Shown here: positions 21,757 through 30,603 of the stretch, in pieces
Layout: the number at the start of each line of letters is the position of its first letter
Position numbering within the stretch: the stretch's first letter is position 1
Origin: an uncultured Candidatus Binatia bacterium
Lineage (GTDB): Bacteria; Desulfobacterota; Binatia; Bin18
Length of the DNA stretch: 64,000 nt
Direction: 5' to 3'
Assembly (NCBI GenBank): GCA_965200965.1
Contig: OZ241744.1
Coordinates: forward strand, 1,600,001 to 1,664,000
Program-made: the position numbers and the translations under genes
The notes under the pieces: generated by a model
Told to the model about the DNA's origin: nothing
The model's database searches: none
What the model saw: the letters and a program-made list of their open reading frames with translations, nothing else

Positions 21757-22065
21757 CTACATTTTTTTCCTGGCAAACAGGGCCTCCAAGCGCGCCCGAG
21801 CCTCAGTCGCCTGGGTCCACTCGACCGTGGGTCGCCCGGCAGGGTTCCCCGGCGAAAAATAGTCGCAGAAATTGCCCAGGTCCATATCACGGACCGGCTC
21901 GGCATTTGGTTCGCGGCAGGCGTGGGAGGCCTGCGGGTCGTAGAATAGGCAATTCAAACAGCAATGCACATCGGCCGCACAGCCCGGACAGCTGTCCCGG
22001 CGTCCGACCCGCTCAAGCACGACAATTTCGGCTCCACACCGATGACACCTCAGCACCTGTGGCAT
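21757..22065 (-). CDS. Small Cys-rich (Zn/Fe-binding) conserved hypothetical protein
   Basis: CHRC, CPGC, CCLNCLFYD, CREP, NFCDYF, ARARLEALF. Confidence 0.75.
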   Translation of the reverse strand: MPQVLRCHRCGAEIVVLERVGRRDSCPGCAADVHCCLNCLFYDPQASHACREPNAEPVRDMDLGNFCDYFSPGNPAGRPTVEWTQATEARARLEALFARKKM

Positions 22066-22144
22066 GGCATGTCCCCTGTTTCTCAGCACCGCCCTTTCTT
22101 CGCTCCAGACTTATTGATACCATCTGCCTACTCTTGTCCAGCCT

Positions 22145-23098
22145 ATGAACACATCCACTCTTCCAAGCTTGTTCGCCCGTTACGAGGTTTTTCTCCGGGT
22201 GGAGAAGAACCTCGCCGCCCATACCCAGCGTAATTACCTGAGTGATGTGGCCCAATTTTTTGCCTTTGTTGAAAGACCCGGGGCCCAGGCCGGGCCGCGT
22301 CCGCTCGCCGTCCAGCGGATTGACCACCACCTGATTCAGGCTTTTCTGTCAAGCCTGTACCGCGACCACGCCAAAAGCTCGATCGGCCGCAAACTCTCCG
22401 CCCTCAAGAGCTTCTTCGGTTTTCTGGTCCGTGAGGGCGAGCTGCAACGCGACCCCAGCCGCCGGCTCGCGTCTCCAAAAAAAGACCAGCCGCTACCAGG
22501 CTATCTGCCGGTCGATGATATGTTTCGCCTGCTCGACACCCCGCCGCCCGACTCAGCCCCGGGTCTGCGAGCGCGGGCCATTCTCGAAGTGCTGTACTCG
22601 TGCGGTCTGCGGGTCGGCGAACTCGTCAGCCTCGACTGGGACGATGTTGATGACAACCTGGAAGTCCTCCGGGTTCAGGGCAAGGGCGACAAAGAGCGGG
22701 TGGTGCCGATCGGTCGCCGTGCGCTTGACATCCTGACCCGCTACCGAGCCCAGATTCCGGTCCTGCTGACGCCCAAAAAACGCGGCTCGCTCCGCCAGGA
22801 GACCCCGCGTACGCCGAGCTGTCCGGCCGTCTTTCTCAACCGTCGTGGCGGACGCCTGAGCACCCGCAGCGTGGCGCGTATCGTAGCCGAGTCCGCCCAG
22901 GCCGCCGGCATTAGTCTGAAAACCAGCCCCCACTCGCTCCGCCACAGCTTTGCCACCCATCTGCTTGAGGCCGGAGCCGACCTGCGGGCCATCCAGGAAC
23001 TGCTCGGCCACTCCAGTCTGTCCACAACCCAGAAATACACCCATGTGAACCTCGACCGGCTCATGGAAGTGTATGATAAGGCACACCCGCGCGCCTAG
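22145..23098 (+). CDS. xerC: Tyrosine recombinase XerC
   Basis: GLRVGEL, GKGDKER, HSLRHSFATH, LGH, KYTH; xerC-hslV-hslU order. Confidence 0.9.
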   Translation: MNTSTLPSLFARYEVFLRVEKNLAAHTQRNYLSDVAQFFAFVERPGAQAGPRPLAVQRIDHHLIQAFLSSLYRDHAKSSIGRKLSALKSFFGFLVREGELQRDPSRRLASPKKDQPLPGYLPVDDMFRLLDTPPPDSAPGLRARAILEVLYSCGLRVGELVSLDWDDVDDNLEVLRVQGKGDKERVVPIGRRALDILTRYRAQIPVLLTPKKRGSLRQETPRTPSCPAVFLNRRGGRLSTRSVARIVAESAQAAGISLKTSPHSLRHSFATHLLEAGADLRAIQELLGHSSLSTTQKYTHVNLDRLMEVYDKAHPRA

Positions 23099-23129
23099 CG
23101 TACTGAGGTACACAAGAGGGGTCTGAGTA

Positions 23130-23687
23130 ATGGAGGGGCAAATCATGCGCGCCACGACCATCGTATCGGTCCGTCATCAGGGCCGGGTCGTGATGGCCGG
23201 GGATGGCCAAGTCAGCATAGGCGAGGCGGTGATGAAACACACGGCGCGGAAAATCCGCCGGTTGTCACACGGCACAATCCTGGCCGGCTTTGCCGGCAGT
23301 GCGGCCGACGGCCTGACCCTGTGTGAGCTGTTTGAAAAAAAGCTCGAAGAGTACAATAACACCCTGCGGCGGGCCGCGGTCGAACTGGCCCGCGACTGGC
23401 GCTCAGACCGGATGCTGCGGCGGCTCCAAGCCCTGATGGCGGTCGCCGACCAGGACTCGTCCCTGCTGATCTCGGGCTCGGGCGAGGTGATCGAACCCGA
23501 CGACGGCATTCTGGCTATTGGCTCGGGCGGCAACTATGCCCGGGCCGCAGCCCGGGCCCTGCTGAAGCATACCACGCTGGATGCCCGAACGATTGCCGAA
23601 GAAGCCATGCGCACGGCCGCAGACATCTGCGTCTATACCAACGCCGAGATTACGCTTGAGGAGTTGTCCTATGGCGAACGCCGCTGA
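23130..23687 (+). CDS. hslV: ATP-dependent protease subunit HslV
   Basis: [30 protein letters not shown]; alternative ATG at 23145. Confidence 0.97.
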   Translation: MEGQIMRATTIVSVRHQGRVVMAGDGQVSIGEAVMKHTARKIRRLSHGTILAGFAGSAADGLTLCELFEKKLEEYNNTLRRAAVELARDWRSDRMLRRLQALMAVADQDSSLLISGSGEVIEPDDGILAIGSGGNYARAAARALLKHTTLDARTIAEEAMRTAADICVYTNAEITLEELSYGERR

Positions 23688-25089
23688 TTCGATCACCACC
23701 GCCGCGCCTGAGCCCCAAGAAGCGGCGCTGCCAGTCATGACCCCGCGCGAGATTGTGTCTGAACTCGACCGGTATATTATCGGCCAGGCCAAAGCCAAAC
23801 GGGCGATGGCCATTGCGCTCCGCAACCGCTGGCGGCGCCAGCAGGTACCCCCAGAGTTGCGGGATGAGATCGCCCCTAAGAATATCTTGATGATCGGCCC
23901 GACCGGAGTCGGCAAGACCGAGATCGCCCGCCGCCTAGCCCGCTTGGCCCAGGCACCATTTGTCAAGGTCGAGGCCTCAAAATTCACCGAGGTCGGCTAT
24001 GTTGGCCGCGATGTTGAATCTATGGTCCGCGACGTGACCGAGTTGGCCGTCACTCTGGTCAAACACGAAGAAAAAGAACGGGTTCAGATCAAAGCCCAGG
24101 CCCAGGCCGAAGAGCGGGTTCTTGATCTGCTGCTGCCTCCCACGCCCTCGCGGGCCGACCTGAGCCAGCGTGACGGCCAAGACACGGACGACACCACCCG
24201 GCAGCCCGGCCAAGCTACCCGCGAAAAGATGCGCCACCTGCTCCGCCAGGGAAAACTTGACGAGCGCGAGCTCGAAATTGAGGTGACTCGGCCGGCCACC
24301 CCCTTCATCGAGGTCATGGCCCCCCAGGGCATGGAAGACATGGAAAACCAGATCAAAGAAATGTTCTCCAACCTCATGCCCCATAAGACCAAAAAACGGC
24401 GGCTCAAAGTGCCCGAAGCGGCCGAACTGCTGACCCAGGAAGAGGCCGACAAGCTCGTCGATATGGATGCGGTGGTCCGGGAAGCCGTCCGCCGGGTTGA
24501 GCAGACCGGCATTATTTTTATTGACGAAATTGACAAAATCGCCGGCCGCGACCACGCCCACGGCCCGGATGTCTCCCGCCAGGGCGTGCAGCGCGACCTC
24601 CTGCCCCTGGTTGAGGGCTGCGCGGTCAACACCAAATACGGCTTGGTCCGCACCGACCATGTGTTGTTTGTCGCCTCGGGTGCCTTCCACACCGCCAAAC
24701 CGTCCGAGCTGATTCCCGAGTTCCAGGGCCGCTTTCCGATCCGGGTTGAACTGGACGCCCTCAATCAGCGCGACTTTATCCGTATCCTGACCGAGCCCAA
24801 AAACGCCCTGCTGACCCAGTATAGCGCCCTGCTGGCTACCGAGAACGTGAAACTCGCCTTTGTGGCTGACGCGGTTGAGGAGATTGCGCATATCGCCGCC
24901 CTGGTCAATGAACGGACCGAGAACATCGGTGCCCGCCGGCTGCATACCGTGGTCGAGCGCCTCGTTGAGGATCTGTCCTTCAACGCCCCGGAGCTTGACG
25001 GACAAGAGGTTACAATCAACGCCCGGGTCGTCAGAGACAAACTCGAGGAGATTGTCAAAGACGAAGACCTGTCGCGCTATATTCTATGA
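23671..25089 (+). CDS. hslU: ATP-dependent protease ATPase HslU
   Basis: [55 protein letters not shown]. Confidence 0.97.
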   Translation: MANAADSITTAAPEPQEAALPVMTPREIVSELDRYIIGQAKAKRAMAIALRNRWRRQQVPPELRDEIAPKNILMIGPTGVGKTEIARRLARLAQAPFVKVEASKFTEVGYVGRDVESMVRDVTELAVTLVKHEEKERVQIKAQAQAEERVLDLLLPPTPSRADLSQRDGQDTDDTTRQPGQATREKMRHLLRQGKLDERELEIEVTRPATPFIEVMAPQGMEDMENQIKEMFSNLMPHKTKKRRLKVPEAAELLTQEEADKLVDMDAVVREAVRRVEQTGIIFIDEIDKIAGRDHAHGPDVSRQGVQRDLLPLVEGCAVNTKYGLVRTDHVLFVASGAFHTAKPSELIPEFQGRFPIRVELDALNQRDFIRILTEPKNALLTQYSALLATENVKLAFVADAVEEIAHIAALVNERTENIGARRLHTVVERLVEDLSFNAPELDGQEVTINARVVRDKLEEIVKDEDLSRYIL

Positions 25090-25090
25090 A

Positions 25091-25444
25091 CTACTTGCGA
25101 ACCGTTGTCCCCGACTTCTCGCGCATCAACTCGGACACCTGACGGGCCTCGCTGTTGTGCCCGCCGAGCAGGGCACGGCGAAACTGCTCGGTCAGCATCC
25201 GCATCAGCGCCGCTTCCTGCGGGCCAAGCCCGTCGGCCAGCTGAGACAGGCGGTCCATAGCCGCGGCAATACGCGACACCGCGCGCGGCACATCGCCGTC
25301 GGCCCGGAGGGCAAGCGCCTGTTGCAGTGAGCGCTTGACCGCCTCAAGGCCGCCTGTGGCCTGCGGGCCAAGCACCAACCCGAGTTCCGGCAGACGGCTC
25401 AGCAGGGTCCCCAGGGCTTCCGGATAGCTGTGCTTGTCTTCCAT
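25091..25444 (-). CDS. Hypothetical helical protein
   Basis: MEDKHSYPEALG...; 3' part of ORF 25091..25876 not overlapping the + strand gene. Confidence 0.55.
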   Translation of the reverse strand: MEDKHSYPEALGTLLSRLPELGLVLGPQATGGLEAVKRSLQQALALRADGDVPRAVSRIAAAMDRLSQLADGLGPQEAALMRMLTEQFRRALLGGHNSEARQVSELMREKSGTTVRK

Positions 25445-25519
25445 ATGTGCTAGACAGTCTACTGTTTGCGTGCCCAAGTCAAGGTCGTCGGGTCCTATCC
25501 AGTTCAAGGGAGCGCCACC

Positions 25520-25951
25520 ATGCGATACATATTCCTGTGGCTCAGTAGCCTGTTTCTCCTGACCAGTTGCACGGTTCAGCAACAGCGAGACGTACTCGGA
25601 GTGATTGGCACGGTTATTCCGGGCAGTTCGACCTCGCGCCTGCCGTCGTTCTCCTCCCCCGCTTCCCCAAGCGGCCCGAGTCCAGTCGCCGCCCGTCCAC
25701 CGCGCTCGGTCGTGGCAGCCCCGCCACCACGTCAGCCGACGCCGGCGAGCGTAAAAACGGAGGCCGGGTGGGTCTTGCAAACCCTCCAGCGGGCCATGAC
25801 CGATGCGCCCACCCCGTTCCGGGACTGCCTGGCCAACAGTGCGTGCCAAAAGGCCCTGAGCGCCCATCTCCTGCAATTACAAGGCCAGGCCGACGCTACC
25901 CTGGAACTTCCGGCGCAGTACGATCAGTACGACTTGCGGCGCGCCAAGTAG
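25520..25951 (+). CDS. Hypothetical lipoprotein with Pro/Ser-rich linker
   Basis: MRYIFLWLSSLFLLTSC lipobox; GGAG RBS. Confidence 0.6.
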   Translation: MRYIFLWLSSLFLLTSCTVQQQRDVLGVIGTVIPGSSTSRLPSFSSPASPSGPSPVAARPPRSVVAAPPPRQPTPASVKTEAGWVLQTLQRAMTDAPTPFRDCLANSACQKALSAHLLQLQGQADATLELPAQYDQYDLRRAK

Positions 25952-25985
25952 GGCATAGGACGCCCCGGCCAGCCCGGTGGTGCCT

Positions 25986-26258
25986 CTAACCGTCGCTATG
26001 TTTATGGAGATAGGCGCGCACGGCCTCCCGTTCCTGTCCCTGGAGTGGCGGGCGGCCGAGCCGCCGAAGCTCATCATCCATGCGGGTCAGCATGAAGTCC
26101 CACATCTGGGCCGTCAGCAACCCCGGATGGTAGACGCGGTGACAGCCCGAACAGCGTCGGACATAGAGATGAGCAGCGGCTGATTCGGCCTCGGGCAGCT
26201 CGGGACTACAGCCGAGTCCGGCCGATACCGCCAGCAGGCTCCACCAAGCCCGCCTCAT
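25986..26258 (-). CDS. Monoheme cytochrome c lipoprotein
   Basis: AGLGC lipobox, CSGCH heme motif, W..M..RM. Confidence 0.8.
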   Translation of the reverse strand: MRRAWWSLLAVSAGLGCSPELPEAESAAAHLYVRRCSGCHRVYHPGLLTAQMWDFMLTRMDDELRRLGRPPLQGQEREAVRAYLHKHSDG

Positions 26259-26773
26259 CTGGCCGCCTTCTCAGCACCAAAGGCTTCCCGACACACCGCA
26301 AGCTGGCCGGGGATGTCTTCAATGCCGACCTCAATGATTTGGATGCTGTGGCGCTCCGTCGCCAGCCGCTGACGCAGGCGCGCCACCAGATACTGGGCGA
26401 GCTCTTCCGAAGACGAATGCGCGAGAGGCAACAGGCAAACATCCTGGCGCGGCAGCACAAAACGGCTGCCGTCCTCACATCTCACCTCGACCCGCCCGTC
26501 ACGCTCTACAATAGCGAGGCAGTCGCTGCGGTCGGGCAGCAGGGTCCGAAAATTGAGCTGGGCGCACTCTTCTTCGGCAATTTTCCTGAGCACCAGAAAG
26601 TCCACCACATAGCCATCCGGCCCGACCGGGCCGCTGACCATGACCTGGACCTGATAGGTATGGCCATGCAGCGGCTCTCGAAACCCGGGAAAGGCAATAA
26701 AGTGGGCGGCTGTAAACCGCAACTGGTCTTTTCCAACGGCGACTGAAAAGAAACGCATGATGTCGGTCTCCAC
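26255..26773 (-). CDS. 6-pyruvoyltetrahydropterin synthase family protein, PTPS-III-type motif
   Basis: FTAAHF, E-P-L-HGH with no Cys, VDF, SSEELA. Confidence 0.8.
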   Translation of the reverse strand: METDIMRFFSVAVGKDQLRFTAAHFIAFPGFREPLHGHTYQVQVMVSGPVGPDGYVVDFLVLRKIAEEECAQLNFRTLLPDRSDCLAIVERDGRVEVRCEDGSRFVLPRQDVCLLPLAHSSSEELAQYLVARLRQRLATERHSIQIIEVGIEDIPGQLAVCREAFGAEKAAR

Positions 26774-26776
26774 AGG

Positions 26777-27658
26777 CTAGACACGAGGCCTGAGATTGCC
26801 CCTCAGAAAGTCGTGCAGGCCGCTCCGTCTGAGCAGCCGCTCAGGTTCACCAAAGGCCGAGCGGTACTGCTCGGCCGACAGGCCAAGGGTTTCCAGAAAG
26901 CGGGGCACTTCTGTTTCAATTTCCGGCCGCAAGCGCTCGGTCAGGGCCGCTATCAGCCGGGGGTCATCGCCAAGCCGGGGCAGCAAGTCGCCGATGTTGA
27001 GCCCGTGGACGCCGCCTAGCAGGCATGACACCATGTAGCTTAGTTGTTCCTTGTTTGGTTTGTGTTGCCAGGTCTGTCCGGCGGACATGACCGTGCGCAC
27101 CCCGGTTTGCTGGCGGACCGAGATAACCGTCTCAGAGCCCGTCGCCTCAAAACCGGGTGCCAGAAAGATCAGGGCTGCCCTGTCCCCATCAACCCGCACC
27201 GGATGCGGGATGTAGTGGGGCGAGGTATAACCCGTCAGCGCAAAGAGCCGACGCCGATAGCCGACCACATCGTGGCCGGCCTCGGTCTGCATCTGCCATA
27301 AAAAATCGGTCAGTCCCCGGCCCCGCTCCTGACCAAGCCGGGTCAACTTGTGGACCGCCCCGGGCTGATAGCCCTCACGCTGAATCAGCCGGTAGGCGTC
27401 GTCAAGGGAGACGCTCAGGGCCAAGGTTTCAATACCTCCAGGCCCGCCGGTCCGGGGCGACACTCGCTTGCCCTGGAGCGGGAGCCGCACCGGCTCTACA
27501 TCGGTGGCAAACCGATCGCCGTACATCGACAGTTTGGCAAAACCCCGCCGACAGTTGCCAAGCATAACAATGCCCACCCGACGAACGGCAAAGGTCCCGG
27601 AGAAGGATAGGCCCCGCCCGCTCATCAGCGAGCCGTGACCAAGAATCGTAACCTCCAT
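26777..27658 (-). CDS. Hypothetical protein, possible gamma-glutamylcyclotransferase-like N-terminus
   Basis: ILGHGSLMS resembles the GGCT/ChaC FGYGSL motif; REGY. Confidence 0.55.
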   Translation of the reverse strand: MEVTILGHGSLMSGRGLSFSGTFAVRRVGIVMLGNCRRGFAKLSMYGDRFATDVEPVRLPLQGKRVSPRTGGPGGIETLALSVSLDDAYRLIQREGYQPGAVHKLTRLGQERGRGLTDFLWQMQTEAGHDVVGYRRRLFALTGYTSPHYIPHPVRVDGDRAALIFLAPGFEATGSETVISVRQQTGVRTVMSAGQTWQHKPNKEQLSYMVSCLLGGVHGLNIGDLLPRLGDDPRLIAALTERLRPEIETEVPRFLETLGLSAEQYRSAFGEPERLLRRSGLHDFLRGNLRPRV

Positions 27659-27770
27659 AAGTCTGTAACGGGTATCGATTTTTCGACGGAAAAAAATCCA
27701 GCCTGCCACATCTTCTCTCCCATAGGCAAGTCGAATGTGGTCAGGGATCAGGAAAAAAGAGAAGCCCCAG

Positions 27771-27799
27771 TTGTCATATCATATGAATCATGTTATGTT
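27771..27799 (+). promoter_or_regulatory. Sigma70 promoter giving a probably leaderless transcript; repeat-rich operator candidate
   Basis: TTGTCA-17 bp-TATGTT; ATG at 27807 lies 7 nt after the -10 with no RBS. Confidence 0.55.
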
Positions 27800-27806
27800 G
27801 TACTGT

Positions 27807-28061
27807 ATGGCTCGCAGTGAATCCGGCAGAATAGTGCTTGAAATTGATCCCGCCCGAAAAGATGAGCTCTATACGGCACTGACCGCGGATGGACTCACTT
27901 TGAAAGAATGGTTCCTCCGGCAGACTGCCGATTATCTTCAGAATCGCTCCCAACCATCCCTTTTCGGATCGTCACTTCTTGCCGAACGGTGGGACGAATA
28001 CCGCGCCAAGCCAGCCCGGAAACAGATGGAATACAGGCCCCCTACGAGGAATAAGAGATGA
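27807..28061 (+). CDS. Small R-M-associated regulator (ribbon-helix-helix-like)
   Basis: MARSESGRIVLEIDPARKDELYTALTADGLTLKEWF; ATGA overlap with the methyltransferase. Confidence 0.65.
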   Translation: MARSESGRIVLEIDPARKDELYTALTADGLTLKEWFLRQTADYLQNRSQPSLFGSSLLAERWDEYRAKPARKQMEYRPPTRNKR

Positions 28062-29180
28062 ATTTCATGCGGTGCGAATCTGCCCAGAAGTTACGGGGGG
28101 GGGTTCTACACCCATCCGGCAATTGCCGCCTTTTTGGTCGAGTGGGTGAAAGGGTGTCAGCCCATGCGCATTTTGGAGCCAGGTTGTGGCAACGGGGGTT
28201 TTCTCGAAGAGATTGAGAAGGCTGAGCTTCGTGGCCTGCGTCGGCTTGTCGCGTGTGAAATAGACGGCGAAGAGGCTGCAAAGGCAGCTTCTCGGACCAG
28301 CTTGTCAGCCAACATTCTGAATACAGACTTCCTGTGCTGGTATCTTGTCCACGGACGAAACGAAGAGGCGTTCGACGCTGTTGTCGGAAATCCGCCTTTC
28401 ATTCGCTACCAGTACTTACCCCAGGAACAGCAGCGCGTATCGGAGAAGATATTTCATGCGCTCCGCCTTCCTTTCACGAAGCACTGCAACACATGGGCTC
28501 CATTTATCCTAGGCTCTCTTCACCTGCTCCGCCCTGGGGGGCGCTTGGCGATGGTCGTCCCTGCTGAAATTTTCCCCATTGCTTACGCCCAGGCGATTCG
28601 TTCGTACTTGGTGGAGCAATGTTCTCGGATTCTCTTCCTAGACCCGGAAGAAATCTGGTTTTCGGATACACTGCAAGGAACGGTCTTGTTATTGGCGGAG
28701 AAAAAGATTCGGGGTGGCGAATCGTCACAGGGCGTCTCGGTAACCCCCATCCGGAATCGCGCGTGCCTCATGTTGCCAGCCGATAACTATTTTCGGAATG
28801 CCAGTTACACAAACGGAGCAAGGATTGCGGGCAAATGGATGTCGGTCTTTCTCTCGTAAGGACGAACACGCCCTCATGGAGCAATTGCAACATCAACAGT
28901 CTCACCTGCCTGAGCTCTGAACTGGAAGGGAGACATTATGGCGGGTGAGTTCTGGAGCTAGTACCCTCAGAGATTGAACGCTTGATCGTTCCCAGCGTAG
29001 ATATCTCGTCAGCAGAACTGCACGAAGCCGATAAGCGCTTCCGCACCTCGGGCGACGAGATGGCATTCTTACGCGAAAACGACAGGCGAGTTCTCAGGAG
29101 GCTCGGATTTAGCATATCTGAACAGGAATCCCTCAGACATGCGTAGCAGAAACTACGCGACCGGCGACATCGTGGGAGAA
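28058..29180 (+). pseudogene. Decayed gamma-class N6-adenine DNA methyltransferase
   Basis: QKLRGG(FYT), LEPGCGNG, VGNPPF and C-terminal ELEGRHYGG*VLELVPSEIE; G9 frameshift 28095-28103, TAA 28857, apparent internal deletion near 28910, TGA 28946, TAG 29144; 3' end approximate. Confidence 0.85.
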
Positions 29181-29405
29181 GATCGCTCAGCCACGCCGAA
29201 TCCCTGAGCGTTTCGGATCAGAACGAATCAGCTACTCACCCTAAGTCAAGGAGAAAGGGAGCCTCCGCCTGGGGCGTTTCGTAGAGGGATAGCATCACAC
29301 CTGTGAGGTCCTGTTTCTGGACAGTAGCCTGAAATTCCCCCATCGCTAAGATTCGATCAATTTCATGCCCAAGTTGGACCGCGGGCTGTGTAATAATGCT
29401 TGAAG

Positions 29406-30458
29406 TCACCGGTTGCAGTATAGAGAATTTCGTGACTGGGGAAAACTCATCCGTGGGAACGAAAGCCCCGAGGCAGAAGGAGGGACCGCCTCAAATATGT
29501 GGAGCCGCATATCGGCCGTTATGCCCGCCTCAACCGCCTGCCAGTCATGATCGGGCAAAACCGTCAGCTCGGGTGCGAGCTGGGTCCATTTCTTCAGACG
29601 CCAGATTTTGTCCCACCAGGCGTCCCGATCAAACGCCAGCCCGGGGAGGCGGGTATACCTGTACTGATCCCTGGTCCAGGCCAAGTTTCCGCACAGCAAC
29701 ACCGGGCCCGTGGGCAGCCGGACGAGCACTGCCAGCCCACCCGCGGTCATGCCGCTGGCGTCGAGCAGGATAACACTGCCGTCGCCGAACAGGTCCTGGG
29801 CGGCGGGCAGCAGGCCAAGCGGCTCGGCCTGTCCAAAATCTATGAACTGCCACTGCGCGACTTGGTCATACTCTTTGGGCAGATACGCTCCCAACCCGGT
29901 CTGTCCGATTGCTGCGGCGTGCTCAGCGCTGGTCACCACCGCCGTCGCCCCAGAAAAATGCTCCAATTCACCGGCGTGGTCGGGCCGCAGATCGGGCAGG
30001 ATAATGTGCGTCGTCTCATCCGCCGGCAGCCGGGCGGCCTGGAGTTGGGCGACGATGTCCTGGCCAGCGCTCAGCCGGGCCCGTCCGAGCACCGACAAGG
30101 GCGTTTCCAGATAGGTCTGCGGACCATCGGCTACGGAATCGGCCAGCGCCCGGTTAAGCCCGGTGCCAACCAGGATGAGCCCCTGATGGGGATGCTGGAT
30201 GGCAAACACCAGCACATCCAGCTGTGTCTGGCCGAAGACACTGCCACCCTCATACACCAGTCGGCTCGACAGGGTCATTGAGCCGGTCTGAAAAACATGC
30301 AGCCGCAGCCCTGGCGTGCCGTGGTAGGTCTCAGGCCAGTTGTGCAACTCGGGGACGATATGCGGCGGCTGCAAGGGATCGTGACAGCCGCCCACCAGCA
30401 AGGCCAGCAGACCGACCAGGCTGAGGACTGCGTGACGGACAGCGACATACGCAGTCAT
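29406..30458 (-). CDS. Metallo-beta-lactamase-fold (AHL-lactonase-like) lipoprotein with degenerate metal site
   Basis: LLVGGC lipobox; FAIQHP..LILVGTG, THIILPDLRPDHAG, DLFGDGSVIL, LPDHD. Confidence 0.75.
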   Translation of the reverse strand: MTAYVAVRHAVLSLVGLLALLVGGCHDPLQPPHIVPELHNWPETYHGTPGLRLHVFQTGSMTLSSRLVYEGGSVFGQTQLDVLVFAIQHPHQGLILVGTGLNRALADSVADGPQTYLETPLSVLGRARLSAGQDIVAQLQAARLPADETTHIILPDLRPDHAGELEHFSGATAVVTSAEHAAAIGQTGLGAYLPKEYDQVAQWQFIDFGQAEPLGLLPAAQDLFGDGSVILLDASGMTAGGLAVLVRLPTGPVLLCGNLAWTRDQYRYTRLPGLAFDRDAWWDKIWRLKKWTQLAPELTVLPDHDWQAVEAGITADMRLHIFEAVPPSASGLSFPRMSFPQSRNSLYCNR

Positions 30459-30603
30459 GGATGGGTGTATAGACGATAGGCTGGTCCTCCGCCAAGAGCA
30501 TCGGTCCGTGTGGAGATTATGAACAGGGCTGGGGCAGCTTTTTTCTGAGTTGACCTGTGTCATGCTGTCAACTATTTTGTGGGCCTGGGGGAGGGAGTCA
30601 GCA

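Noticed and set aside
22145-23098. Phage or island integrase
   Set aside because: xerC-hslV-hslU context and sequence indicate housekeeping XerC; no att sites or mobile genes seen.
25445-25876. N-terminal extension of ORF 25091..25876
   Set aside because: Overlaps the + strand lipoprotein gene; the real start is more likely ATG 25444.
26255-26773. queD
   Set aside because: No catalytic Cys in the CxxxHGH position and no que genes nearby.
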